NCBI GenBank assembly: GCA_043228905.1
Contig: JBHGNT010000002.1
Span: 25,110,001-25,174,000 of the forward strand
Length of the DNA: 64,000 bases
Direction: 5' to 3'
Origin: Azolla caroliniana
Lineage: Eukaryota; Plantae; Polypodiophyta
The position numbers and the translations under genes were made by a program. This document shows positions 1 to 13,531 of the stretch, one piece after another. The notes beneath the pieces are model-generated. The model was not told the origin of the DNA and searched no databases. It was given only the letters and a program-made list of their open reading frames with translations. Every line of letters begins with the position of its first letter. Position 1 is the first letter of the stretch.

Positions 1-1159
1 AGAAGAAAGCCTCGTTGGCAATATTCTTGTTAGTATGTATGTCAAAAGTGGCTACCTTGCTATTGCACAGGAAACGTTTCGAAAGCTTGCAATCAAGGAT
101 GTTGTGTCATGGACTGCGCTTATAACAGGATTGGCTGAGCAAGGGAAGGGTGAGGAGGCTCTCCAATGTTTTGAGCAGATGCATGTTAAAGGATTTCTAC
201 CAAATACTGGCACATTGCTTGGCATATTGAAAGCTTGTGGCATTGTAGGAGATTCCAACATGTGCCATGAAATACATGCTGAGATTGAAAGAATGGGGTT
301 ATTGAAAAAGGATATTGTTGTTGGAACTGCAGTGATTGATATGTATGCCAAACGTGGATTGCTTAACAAAGCACAGCAGGTGTTCAACAAACTTCCAGTC
401 AGAGATGTTATCTCATGGAATGCATTAATTGGAGGATATGCTGAACATGGGTATGGTGAGAAGGCACTAGAATTGTTTGAAGAAATGCAACACAAAGGTG
501 TATCCCCAAGCCCGGTGACATTTGTTTGCTGCTTGAAGGCTTGTGGTAGTATTGGTGCCAAACACAAAGGGCAAGAAATACATGCTGATATTGAAAGGAA
601 AGGTTTGTTGGAAAACGACCTTTTCATTGGCAACATTCTGGTGGACATGTATGGTCGATGTGGCCTGCTTTCTGTAGCACAACAGGTGTCAGACAAGCTC
701 TTGGTTCGAGATGTAATTACATGGAATTCACTTCTTACAGGATATGCTCAACTTGGTGCAATTGAGGACGTCTTTTACACGTTCAACCAAATGGTTAGAG
801 CAGGTATAAGGCCTGATTGTGTTAGTTTTCTTATTGTTCTTAGTGCATGCAGTCGCACTGGTTTTGGTTTCTTTGAGAAATTTGGGAGCATGTACATGGA
901 GAGCATGAGCAGAGATTTTGGCATCACAGCCACTCCACAGCTCCACAATGCCATGGTTAGTCTGCATTGCCGTGCAGGCCAGTTAGATATGGCTGTGTCG
1001 ATGCTTGCCAAAATGCCCTTCTCTCCTGATGTGGTAGCCTTGCATGCTGTGTTGGATTCTTGCAGAAGTTGTGGAAATGCAGAAGTTGGTAAACAAGCCT
1101 TCGAACAAGTGAAACGCTTCCAAGAAGGTTGCCAGAGTACTTGGCTACTTTCAGACTAA
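1..1159 (+). CDS. PLS-class pentatricopeptide repeat protein (3' part; reading frame is open from the window start)
   Basis: P-L-S motifs (DVVSWTALITGLAEQG, VGTAVIDMYAKRG, TFVCCLKACG) followed by an E-like C-terminus. No DYW domain. The frame continues upstream of the ATG at 35 (EESLVGNILVSMY). Confidence 0.9.
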   Translation, partial: EESLVGNILVSMYVKSGYLAIAQETFRKLAIKDVVSWTALITGLAEQGKGEEALQCFEQMHVKGFLPNTGTLLGILKACGIVGDSNMCHEIHAEIERMGLLKKDIVVGTAVIDMYAKRGLLNKAQQVFNKLPVRDVISWNALIGGYAEHGYGEKALELFEEMQHKGVSPSPVTFVCCLKACGSIGAKHKGQEIHADIERKGLLENDLFIGNILVDMYGRCGLLSVAQQVSDKLLVRDVITWNSLLTGYAQLGAIEDVFYTFNQMVRAGIRPDCVSFLIVLSACSRTGFGFFEKFGSMYMESMSRDFGITATPQLHNAMVSLHCRAGQLDMAVSMLAKMPFSPDVVALHAVLDSCRSCGNAEVGKQAFEQVKRFQEGCQSTWLLSD

Positions 1160-2195
1160 GTGGCAAGGCAATAACATTAACATACATTGTGTGTCTTCAT
1201 TGACTCAGGAAAACAGGATACACATACTTTTGAACATGTGGATCATTTCTGAAAGAGATGATAAGAGCCTGGCTGTTGTCTTTAGCAGTTGTGGTACGAA
1301 TGCAATAATTTGGCCGACAGATTTTTGTTTGCAGTCATCATGTGAGATTTAACTCTGATGCCACCAGTAACATAAACACTAGGCTCTTAATGTGAGAGTG
1401 AAAAGTAGCCTACATTATCCTTTTGTATCTATGATAAAAATCCATTATTTATATCATGACGATCACCTACACGCTCATTATTCTATGTAGGGGTTATCTT
1501 GCACATGCCCATTGAGGGGTTATGTTTAACATTATAAGTTATGGTTGGAGTTACAAGTTGCATTTTTCTATTATTTCAAAATGACCTATAACATTGAACG
1601 ATTGTTGATATATAATTCGAAGGGCTGTAACTTAGCATTTGGAAAGACCAAGGTTAGCAGCATGAGCAATGAAAATTCTCAAAGCATCCTTCAAAGCGTG
1701 TGCACACACACACAAACTAGATTCTTTAAAGTATAATTAAGTTTTGGGAATGTGAATTTTGAGTCATTCATGAAATCATGATGTTTTAATATCTTTATAA
1801 TATGTAATCTTTTCTATCCCACATATGAAAGCTGACTTCCAACTCTTTATCCAGAAATGATGGAAATCATTTGCACCACATGAAGTTATGTATACTCAAA
1901 TGCGAGCTGGTTACTTAGTTGAATACGAGAAGCAACCTTTCAACTTTTATCTTACTATGGTCCCACTCTTCCTTGGTAAACTCTTTGGCAGGAGAAAACG
2001 GAACGTGCGTAGAAAGTGAGTAGGCCCAATGAAACATTACTTGGCATTGGCACTTCAGAAATGAAATCGAAAAAATAGTCTATCTTGCATTCTGTCCACC
2101 GGCACCTCCTCAGGAACGTATACATTCATTAGCATTTATTTTTTTGACCACCGTTAAGAGACAGGCATTCCAAGGCGTAGTGCCAAGTGCTACTA

Positions 2196-5154
2196 ATGAG
2201 AAGAACCGGCGAATATATGTACATTGTATATAAGTGTTATCGCAACCACGAAGAAAGTCAGCGGAAGAGCAGCAGCAACAGCAGAGAAGAGGTTTTATTT
2301 CCTTCAAAGACACGACGTTTTTATGAGATGAACTCTTCAGGTATCCCTCGAAGTACAGGAACCAGCGACTTAATAAACACAGGGTACGCGTGAAGTAGTA
2401 ACTCTTACGACTCTCTAGTTTTTTTTGGGTCCGGATTGATCGGTCGTTGCTTTCTTTCCTTTGCGCAGAAGCTCCAAATGCACCCATTTCGGCCATAAAC
2501 AAGCGGGCAAAGCATTATACGTCAACAATATATTTTCTCACATTAAAAAAGAGCAGCTAATTGATGATGATAGTGGTGGTGGTCTCCCTGTAGCGCACTG
2601 TCGTGATCGAACGAGGCTTTTGAATCTCATAAAAATATGCGGCAAAGAAAAGGACATCTGGAATGCGCGAAGGATACATGCTGATGCCATTCAGAAAAAC
2701 TTGATTGTGAAGGATGCTTATATTGCCACTGCCTTTATTTCTACATATGCCAAATGTGGCGCATTAGACGAGGCACGAAAAGTGTTTGAGAAGATTCCTA
2801 TGCCTAGTGTTGTGCCTTGGAGCGCCCTAATTTCTGGATATGCCCAAAACCAGCTCAGTCATGAAGCTTTGAATTGCTTCCGGCTGATGCAGATTGCGGG
2901 AGTCTCTCCAGATGCAATAACCTATGTCAGCATTTTGAAAGCTTGTGGCAATGTGGGATCTCTAGAGATTGGGGAAGGTATATATGCCACGGTCAGACAG
3001 AAAGGGCTATTGGATAAAGATGTTGTGCTTGGTACGTCATTGGTCGACATGTATTCCAAATGTGGTGCACTAGATAAAGCACGAGAAGTGTTTGAGGAGC
3101 TTCCGGAGAGGAATATTGTGTCTTGGAGTGCTTTAATCTCTGGATATGCCCGAAATGGGCTTGGTCATGAAGCATTGAAATGCTTTGGGCGGATGCAAAA
3201 GGAGGGAATCCATCCAGATTCAGTAACTTATGCTTGTGTTTTGAAAGCCTGTAGCATCGTGGGCTCTCTGGAGGTTGGAGAAGTTATAGATGGAGAGGTT
3301 AGAAAGCAGGGTTTATTAAAAAAAGATTTTAAACTCGGGACTGCATTGGTGAACATGTATTCCAAGTGTGGAGCACCAGAGAAAGCACAGGAAGTATTTG
3401 AACTGCTTTCATTGCGTAATGTTGTTACTTGGAGTACCCTAATTGCCGGATATGCGCAAAATGGGCTTGGTCATAAGGCATTGAAGTGCTTCATGCAAAT
3501 GAAACATGCAGCAGTCAGTCCAAATGTGGTAACTTATGTGTCCGTCTTGAAAGCTTGTGGCATTGTGGGGTCTCTGGAGCTTGGGAAAGAGATAGATGCA
3601 GAGGTCAGAAAGCAAGGTTTATTACAGAAAGATGTGTTGCTTGGGAATGCGTTGGTGGACATGTATTCCAAGTGTGGTGCAGTTGAGAGAGCACAAAAAG
3701 TGTTTGAGCAGCTTCCAGAACGGAACGTTGTGACGTGGAATGTCCTAATTTCTGGATATGCCCACAATGGACTTGGCCATGAAGCGTTGAAATACTTCAG
3801 ACAAATGAAAGATGTAGGAATCTGTCCAGATGAGGTAACTTATGTTTGCATTTTGAAAGCTTGCAGTATTTTGAAGTCTTTAGAAATTGGAGAAGATATA
3901 GTAGCTGAAATTAGACAAAAAGGATTTTTGCAAAAAGACCCCATGCTTCACAATGCATTGGTGGACATGTATTCCAAATGTGGTGCTCTTAAGAAGGCAC
4001 AAGAAATTTTTGAAAAGCTTCAAGAACGGAATGTTGTATCCTGGAGTACCCTGATTGCAGGATATGCGGAAACTGGGCTGGGTCATGAAGCTTTGAAATG
4101 TTTCAAACAGATGAAAAATGAGGGTGTCTGTCCGAATGCTGTAACTTATGTTGCCACTCTTAAAGCTTGTGGCATCGTGGGGTCTCTAGATATCGGGAAA
4201 GATATAGACACCAAGGTCAGGAAGCAAGGTTTACTGGAGAAAGATGTCATGCTGGGCACTGCGTTGGTGGATATGTACTCCAAATGTGGTGCAGTGGATA
4301 AAGCACGTGAAAGTTTTGATCAGCTTCCTGAGCAGAATGTCATGACTTGGAGCACCATGATTTCTGGGTATGTGCAAAATGGACTTGGGGATGAAGCATT
4401 GACATGCTTCAAAGAAATGAAAAATGGAGGAGTCTGTCCAAATGTCGTAACCTATCTCTGTGTTTTGCAAGCTTGTGGTATTTTTGGGTCTCTAGATGTT
4501 GGGGAAGCTATAGCTGCCGAGATTAAAAATAGAGAACTATTACATAAAGACATCATGCTTGGCAATGCATTGGTGGACATGTATTCCAAGTGTGGGGCAT
4601 TGGAGAAAGCGCGAGAAGTGTTTGAACAGCTTCCAGAATGGAATGTTGTGTCCTGGACTGCCCTGATAACTGGATATTGTCAGTTGGGTCAAGTTAATGT
4701 GGTTTTGGATCTGTATAGCAAAATGGGGGCAGCAGATGTTGTGCCGAATTCAGTTACCTTTACTGTTTTGCTGAATGCATGTTGTCATGCAGGTTTGGTG
4801 AAAGAGGGAGAAAAGCTGCTTGATGAAATGCGTGTTTATTGTCTCACTCCAACCCTAGAACACTACACATGTATGATTGATCTGTTTGGCCGTGCCGGGC
4901 AGTTTGACAAGGTGAATGCATTGCTTGATAACGTTCCCCATTCTGGCCATCTTCCACTGCTGCGAAGCATTTTGGCTGCATGTAGAAAATGGAGGAATGT
5001 GAAGCTTGGGAAATGGGTGTTTGAACAAGTATTACAGTCGGATGAGAAAAATGCTGCTGCATATGTCAGCATGGCCAATATATATGCATCAGCTGGAATA
5101 CAGATGGAGGTAGGTAGGATCCAGGATTTGAGAGTGGTGAATAAGGCAAGGTGA
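2196..5154 (+). CDS. PLS-class PPR protein with E domain (organellar RNA-editing factor type); exons ~2196-2383 and 2469-5154
   Basis: About 7 P-L-S triplets with a ~102-aa period (LVDMYSKCGA...NVVSWS.LISGYA.NGLGHEAL...YV..LKAC) plus an E-like end (AAYVSMANIYASAG). The ORF-track start at 2461 is a TTG. A phase-2 GT..AG intron at 2384-2468 joins it in frame to an ATG at 2196. Confidence 0.9.
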
Positions 5155-7532
5155 TTGGTGGTGGTGGTGGTGGATTGATGCCAATGGGAATATGCACCCA
5201 TTTGTTGTGGCCGGTCAGAGCCATCCTTGAACTTACATGTTGGTATGCCTACATTTATATTCAAACCTGGAAGATTTGCATCAGAACTTATGACAGCAAA
5301 GCTGCTCACAGGGATATCCGAAGGCATTTGTGATTGCTGGATATTGCATGTGGCCGGATTAACTTACATGTTGGTATGCCTATATAGGCTATAAAGAACA
5401 AATGGATTTGTGATGAATGTCTTTTTCTCCTACCTCTCTTTTCTCTATGACAGAAACCTAGGATTCAGATGAAACATGCAACCCATTTTTGAGGATCAAA
5501 GATGTATTTGTGACAATTACAATCGATGCAAATTTGTGCGTAGCATGACATAGTCCCATTGCATTTCCAAAGCTTGCTCCATATTAATCTAGCTTGCACA
5601 AACATGATGCAAATTTGTGTGTAGCACGACATAGTCCCATTGCCCCTTATTAATCTAGCTAATAAGACCACCTTGAGCAATGATTTACACAAACACTTGG
5701 TACATTGTCCATAATATGCCATCATCGTACCAAACAAGATGCAAATGTGTATATTATACCCTCTATTCTATTCAATTGTAATTGTGGCAGACTTCTAATG
5801 CTAGACATGAAGGGAATTTATGCATAAATAAAAATAACATTAAAGTGATGGAACTTGCTTGAACAAATGCTTCAGTAATCTCATGTTGTGTAACTATGAT
5901 ATAAGGGATATCTTATGCCATTGATTTACAAATATGTTGTGTTGATTGTTGTAATGTGCTTAGCACCAACATAAAACAATGAGATCAGTATTGCCAAGCT
6001 TTGCAAGCTACCCCACCCTACACGACAACTTGTCTTTGTCCAAGTAGGGTTTGTAAGTGGCATGTTTTGGTACCCCCTACTTCTCAGAAGAGTTAGGAAC
6101 TAGTTTAGGGTGGGAGATACCATTAATCTTGCCTAATCATTTAGTCGCCCAAGCCATCTATGTGACGAAAGTCCTTGTGTTTCATTACCAGAACAAGTGT
6201 CATTTCCAATTTTGGTACGTCTTAAGGTTGTTCTTTTTTCTTTGTACATCCTCTTTTGTAATGAGGGATTCAATCTCTTCAAGTTGGTGATAGTCAATTT
6301 TTTCCTTGACCTTGATGTCACGGCTCCCCACCAATGATTCTTGTTGGAGTCTATCTAGGTTGTTGAAATAATTTTCCAATAGGTTTCATGCAATCATACA
6401 CTCAACGACTTAGCACCAAACATGCCTTGGAACACAAGCTTCAATCCTTGGTAGTAAAAGAGAAGCCTTCAACATCTTGGAATAGAGCATGATCCTTTGT
6501 AGTTGGAGAAAGGATAATCTATTAAGGTTAAAGCATATGATGGTTTAAGGTTGTAGCCATGGTAATTGTAAGTATAATGAATTGTTTGTTGTGTGACCTT
6601 TTTGTCTAGTAGCTAGCGAGAGAGATTTTATGTTGTGAGTGTGGGAGTGTCACGACATGCTATAACATCAACGCCCATCACAATAGTACAAAATACTTCA
6701 TAATAGAGACAATCTTGTAACCTATAATTATACATTTATAATATAGCATAATAATAGCATTGGGGAAGTATATTGTGATATTGCATCATAATTAGGAAAA
6801 TTAGGGAATCAGATGTTATCTTTGTATCTCCAATACAACTTTTGTACCTCTTTCTTGTGATTTTATAATACCAAGGTGTATCTTTAATTTTACAAAAAAT
6901 TAGAAAAATTAGAAGGAACAGGAAACCTATAATAGAACTCTATAACATATATTTCATTTATATGCATGGCTTTAAACTTCTTCAAAGTTAACTTTTCAAG
7001 TGATTCTTACCAAGATTCATTATTGTTGAAGTTGTTTTAGAGTTCGAACTATTTCTCGAACGAATGAGTTCCAAGGATCATGTTATCTCCTTATCACATA
7101 ACAAAGATTTCAAAGATCCAAGCCTTGATGGGTTAAACATTCTGTAAGAAACATTCAACAATCCTTCTATGATTGTCTGAGGCGACTTGTCATTGCACTG
7201 CACAACTTTTAAAAGATGTTCCATCCACTCTATCACCACAATTTGAGGTTTCCCGTATGGAATAATACAAGCAAGCCTTCGTTGTCACTGCAGGTTTGGA
7301 GGGCCACCCACTCGACATAGCTTCAAGTGTACATGGAGGGGGGGGGGGGGGGGGTTTGTATGAGAGACAATCGGTTCCAGTGAGCAGTCAGAGATGGCTC
7401 TCGGTGCACTATTGGTATGATGAGGCAAATGTTGCGGGTGCTTTTGTCAAGGCACGAGGCGTGAGCGAGAAGACATAACAAACCTCTCTGGGAGCCCAAG
7501 GATAGTTTTTTTTTGTCCAAAGCATGTACTGT

Positions 7533-7730
7533 CCTTCTCTCATTTGATTTATGTAAGAAAGAACAGAGTTTCCTTCTCTCATTTGATTTATGTAAGAAAA
7601 AACAGAGTTTCCTTCTCTCATTTGATTTATGAAAGAAAAAACAGAGTATATATGAAAACAGAGTGTATCGCCCATCTACATATACATACATATACATACA
7701 TACATACATACATACATATACATATACATA
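7533..7730. repeat. Three 39-bp tandem repeats followed by a (TACA)n microsatellite, just upstream of the kinase gene
   Basis: ccttctctcatttgatttatgtaagaaa.aacagagttt occurs three times, followed by tacatacataca... Confidence 0.85.
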
Positions 7731-7799
7731 CACTGCTTCCATAGATCGTCGCCTTGCCCGATCCCCTCTGAGCAACCCAGAACGCCCAACACCATAACC

Positions 7800-10700
7800 A
7801 TGGAGGTGGACACGACCGCTGCCAAGAATTTGGTCAAGCCCCCTTCAACAGAAGAAGAGCTAGCTCCCATTCCTGATCGAGTAAGTGCGATTCCATTTTC
7901 CCTTCTTCATCATCTTCTTGTCCTTTTAGTGTCTCTCATGCATGATCTGTCCATTTAAACCTAACTCTTGCGCAGCGAGATTGTTGGAGAAATGATTGTC
8001 GAATCTGCTAATATCACCACATCTGTCTTAAACCTGTTACCTTGAGCTTATGATTAAGACCATTTCAATACTTCGGAGGCATGTTTCTTTTCCAAAAGTT
8101 ACCATACACCTTATTGCTGAGACCATGGCAAGATGCTCATACATGTTCAGGCTTCAAATTCATATAGCTTCACATAACCCCCTCGCACATGTTCAAAACT
8201 TCGAACTTGACATCATATTGCTTCAGTAGTTCCTCAAAGTCGTGTGAAATGTAGCCAATAGGCTAGGGCCTAAACTTATGGATGAGTTCATTGCAATATG
8301 GTCGACCTTAAAATTTCTGTGTCATGTCTAAACTTCACATTGATATAACTTTCTTCTTTCCAACTTCACATTCATACAACTTTTTTCTTTCCAAAAGTCT
8401 GCTAAATAGGCTGGTTATCATGACCATTGTAAGATTTCTGAATGCCACCAAATCTGCTTCAGTGCTTTCTTAAGGTCATGTAAAAAGTTGGTCTTCGTAA
8501 TAGCTGTAGGCTTTGTTTCCTCAGACTTATGACAGAGATCATTGTAGTGATGCTACCAATGGTGCTCATAACATGTTCAATGTTCACACGTTAATCATGT
8601 AAGAAGGTGATGTTTCTCAGGTTCAAGTTGGAGGCTCCCCTATTTATAAGACTGAGAGGAAGCTTGGCAAGGGGGGTTTTGGGCAAGTTTATTTGGGGCG
8701 AAAAATTGGTGGAGGTACAGACAGGACAGGCCCTATGGCAACGGAGGTAAAATGCATATTGTGGTCTATTAAAGTATTATAATGTTCGAATGTCTTTTGT
8801 TTGCAGGTAGAAATCTGACCAGGGCCTGGAAATGGAGTTTAGGTCACAGTTCGACTACTTATTGTGAATTGTGTATGTTGCAGGTTGCATTAAAATTTGA
8901 GCATAAAAATAGTAAAGGCTGTAACCATGGTCCGCCACATGAGTGGCAGGTCTATATGTAAGTATATAAACAAGATAAGACTTTTGCATTTCAGAGCTTC
9001 ATGTAAACTGATTCTTATTTGCTATGTTCGTGCTGGACCACAGGAATCTAGGTCCTACCCATGGCGTTCCTAACATGCATTTTAAAGGGAGGCAAGGGGA
9101 TTACTATGTGATGGTATATATTCATCATTCTACACAGATGTATTTGATTTTATCTAGTTACAAATTTTGAATTTCCATTAGTCTCTATAGGTCATGGATA
9201 TACTAGGGCCCAGTTTATGGGATGTGTGGAACAACTCTGGACAAGGGTAAATATGTTCACATGTCAGTTAGTTTTATGATAATAGCTTTTGTATACTCTG
9301 TGAATCTTGACTTTTCTTACAGGATGTCAACAGAGATGGTCGCTTGCTTCACTGTGGAAGCCATATCGATATTAGAGAAAATACATGCTAAGGGGTATAC
9401 GTTATGTTAAATTTTGCTTGGTTTCGTGAAACTGTATGCTTAAAATAAAAAATCTGTCTGTTTCATATAGGTTAGTAAATAAATGACAATAATTTATGGT
9501 TATATCTGGAAAGTTTACATTGCAAATTTCTGCATATTTAATCACTGTTGGTATATCAACACAGAAGCTCTAATAAAAAATGTGCTCTTTAGATATGTAC
9601 ATGGAGATGTCAAACCTGAAAATTTTCTGCTTGGCCAACCTGGAACAGTTGATGATCATAAACTTTTTTTGATTGATCTTGGTCTAGGTTAGTATTTACT
9701 GTTTTTACTCTTCAACCTTCTGTTGCTTATCCTGACAAATCTTTCTCGCAGCAACAAGGTGGAGAGATGGAACCAATGGCCAGCATGTTAAATATGACCA
9801 AAAACCTGATGTCTTCAGGTATGGGGATCATTTGTTTATTTGCAAAGTGCATTTGATAATGTTGTTAATGATTTTTTTCCGTGGCCACAGAGGTACTTTA
9901 CGATATGCTAGTGTGCATGCTCATCTTGGTCGAACAGGGAGTCGGCGAGATGATCTTGAGTCTTTGGCATATACTCTTATCTTTTTGCTCAGAGGTCGCT
10001 TGCCTTGGCAAGGATACCAAGTACGAACAGGATGAGGACTTCTACTGTTTATTCTAATTAAAAGTTTCATAATAACAGTACTCATGAGCTATTTCTTGCT
10101 GCAGGGTGACAATAAAAGTTTTCTTGTGTGCAAGAAAAAAATGGGAACATCACCCGAAACACTCTGCTGTTTCTTTCCTCCTGCTTTCTGGCTCTTTCTT
10201 GAAACTGTAGCAAATCTGAAGTTTGATGAAGAGCCCAATTATGGGAAGCTGATTTCTCTTTTTGATGGCTTATTGGGACCAAATCCAGCACAGAGACCTA
10301 TAAATACAGATGGCGCGCAAAGGGTATGCAATGTTCAGTCTTAATGTTTATTTGTTTATAGCTGTTCAGAATTTTGTAGTTTATAGATAAATACGTTAAG
10401 TGTAAGACTGATGCTATGCTAGAGCTCTTTTTTGGAATTAGGTTGGTCAGAAGAGAACGAGGTTAACTAGTGAAGAGGATGAAGATAATCAGCCCAGGAA
10501 GAAAGTACGGCTTGGAATGCCCGCCACGCAATGGATAACTGTTTATAGTGCTCGTCTGCCAATGAAGCAAAGGTACACTGGCTATTAAAAAGTAAATTAG
10601 GATGACCTGTCTTATGAATGCAGAAATGGTGGGGTATAGACTTCAGAAAGGTGAACTATGCATATGCAGGTATCACTATAATGTTGCTGATAATAGATTG

Positions 10701-11681
10701 GCACAACATGTAGAGAAAGGGATTGAAGATGGCTTGTATATTAGTAGTATTGCTTCCTCAAACAACCTGTGGGCATTGATCATGGATGCTGGTACAGGCT
10801 TCACTGATCAAGCATATGAACTATCACCCATTTTCCTGCATAAGGTTGTCATCTCCAAAATCCTTCAGTGTAGTATTTTGCCATTCTGTGGGATCTGATA
10901 ACAGATGAGAGAATATGAAGCAATTTTAATGTATTTACAGGAATGGATCATCGAGCAATGGGAGCGGAATTACTACATAAGTGCTATTGCGGGTGCCAGT
11001 AATGGGAGCTCTTTGGTAGTCATGTCAAAAGGTCAGGCATCAGGCAATTGTTTCATCACCGAACATGTCCTTCATCTTACGCCTTTGTTTTCTTCTCCAG
11101 GAACACAGTACACTCAGCAGTCTTACAAATTTAGTGATTCGTTCCCTTTTAAATGGATAAGCAAGAAGTGGAAGGAGGGATTTTATGTAACCTCGATGGC
11201 CACTGCTGGGAGTCGTTGGGGTGTGGTTATGTCCCGAAATGCTGGATATTCTAACCAAGTAAGCTTCTTGGAATTCCTTCAACCAGTCTTTCCTACGTTA
11301 AAGTGCTGTTAAGTTTATTCTTGCCCAGAATTAATGCTTATCAAATACATAGGTAGTAGAGCTGGATTTTTTATATCCAAGTGAAGGCATCCACCGCAGA
11401 TGGGACTACGGATATCGCATAACAGCCACTGCTGCGACATTGGATCAGGCTGCATTCATTTTTAGTGTGCCAAAAAAGAAACCTGTAGATGAAACCCAAG
11501 AAACACTTCGCACATCAGCCTTTCCTAGCGGACATATAAAGGTTGCTTATTTACTCCATCTCCTATTCAGCATTCTCACATCCTGTCAGAAGTAAATTTG
11601 CATATCCTTTTATTTTTCCAGGAGAAGTGGTCCAAAAACCTGTACATAGCCGTTGTAAGTTATGGACGCACTGTTTCATAG
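7800..11681 (+). CDS. MLK: Plant-specific casein kinase 1-like kinase (MUT9-like / PPK / HD16 family), ~16 exons
   Basis: Exons with GT-AG borders encode [94 protein letters not shown] and the C-terminus [22 protein letters not shown] at 7800, TAG ending at 11681. Confidence 0.93.
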
Positions 11682-13470
11682 GAGCATGATGACTGTGTTT
11701 GCTAGCAAACTTCTCAATCAGAGGTTAGTGGCTTGAGGCATCCGTTTTTCTATAGGTGATGCTGTACTAGAAGGGGAAGTTCTCCACTGTATTCAATATA
11801 TTCATTCATATATTGGGAACAACAGTTCATAAAACCATCTCAAGGTGTGATGCTGGTTTATGAAATTACATTGTCCAAACTCCATAGATAAAGCTTTCTT
11901 GACTTAGGAGCACAAAGCTGGAGTGGTGGGCCAGAACTTCATCTCCAGGTTGCTGCTCAATGTGAGTTCTTTTGCTGTGAAACGTGAGTTTGCTTGTATT
12001 ATATATGGGTGGATGTGTCCATGCCTTCAGAAAAGGATGTTGCTGATTTTTTCCACTCTGCAGATATCTGAACTTTATTTGTATCTGCCTCTGGACAAAG
12101 GATATTATACCTTTTGCCCATTTTATTGGCAATCTATAGAATGTATGATGTAGCTAATGTAGTCTCTCATATATATCAGGCTAAACCTCTCAAAGGTATA
12201 TTCATCGGTGTCTTTCCTCTACTCACTCACTTTCTGTGTCATTTTCATTGAGTGTGGACATCTTGTGAAATGGAATGAAATACAATGTTCTCTATTCTAA
12301 TAGCATCCCCAAGTATAAATGTGCATACATCCTCCATAAGGGTAGATATCTTGTAAACTATTCAGACAACAATAAGTGCTTTATTCCTAGTGAGAAAGAA
12401 ACATTCTGGAAGCACCAACAAAGAATACCTCATTACCCAGAAAGAATGAACCTTATTTCTATAACCCAAAACCCTAAACTGAGTACCTTCAAGACAAAGT
12501 GAATAAGCTTTTATTTGAAACCTTTGACATATAGGAGGATGCAAAGGTTTTCTAGGTGAAGGGTGTGCATAGAGCTTTAAAACCAAATACATTACCTATG
12601 AAGGATGTAAACATGTCTAGGTTCACCACATAAAATTCGTGCACCAAATCTGATGAATTTCCTTCCTGATGGGTTTCTAGAAAGAGTCTTGTTTTTCAAT
12701 TTTTTTGAAACGGCATCTACTTGGAATCCAAATATATTAAATAGACGAACTAGGGCTTTTTCTTGCATTAAATCATCAACGCTAATAATTGATCTCAAAC
12801 AAGTTTAAAATTCGCCTCTAGCCAAAATATCAATTGATATAAAAGTGTGGTAAGGCTTCTACTTAGGTGGATACAAAATTTCAATATCCTATCCATCCCA
12901 CTTTCAACTAGCAACTCGGAAACTTAATTTGCAAGTATTCCTTGTTTCCATTAACTTTGGCACTATTTTAGAAGTAGAACCTTTGCGTTGAACTCAATGA
13001 TATGCACACATAGATTCCACATGATTTTTACAACATAATTCTCATAGCATCGGGCCCCATATATGGTCTTACAATCAATTTTCTTGTACCAAGTGAATCA
13101 CTTGTTTTCAAGCTAGAGACACATAAGGGAGTATATGTTGGGGTAATCTCGTCATTAGAGATCCAAATTCCACAAAAAGGTTAGAATAAGTGGGTTCTTG
13201 CATGGAAGAACCACCTTTTGATTTATCTGTCATCAAGGATTGAGCCACTAGAAACCAATCAATATAGGATGAAGGAAGAAAGAAAGAGAAATAAGAGAAC
13301 GGAATCACCTCTCTCTTCGAGAGGACGGAATTACCGAGTGAATTGCACAAACTCACATATAGATTAGTATAAAGACCCTATCTCTTCTTTCCATTGCAGT
13401 TGATTATTGAATCAAGGATCAAGCTTTTCTCATATTTCAGCCTTTGGTATATACAAAGATTAAACATCAG

Positions 13471-13531
13471 ATCCCATCCCCCAACACTATGGTTCATAGC
13501 CATGTGCTCTAATCCATTGAGCTACAAGCTC
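13471..13531 (-). pseudogene. trnR-ACG: Decayed plastid-type tRNA-Arg(ACG) fragment (NUPT)
   Basis: The reverse complement GAGCTTGTAGCTCAATGGATTAGAGCACATGGCTATGAACCATAGTGTTGGGGG matches plastid trnR-ACG as I recall it, mostly with C>T/G>A changes (anticodon ACG>ATG). Confidence 0.75.
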
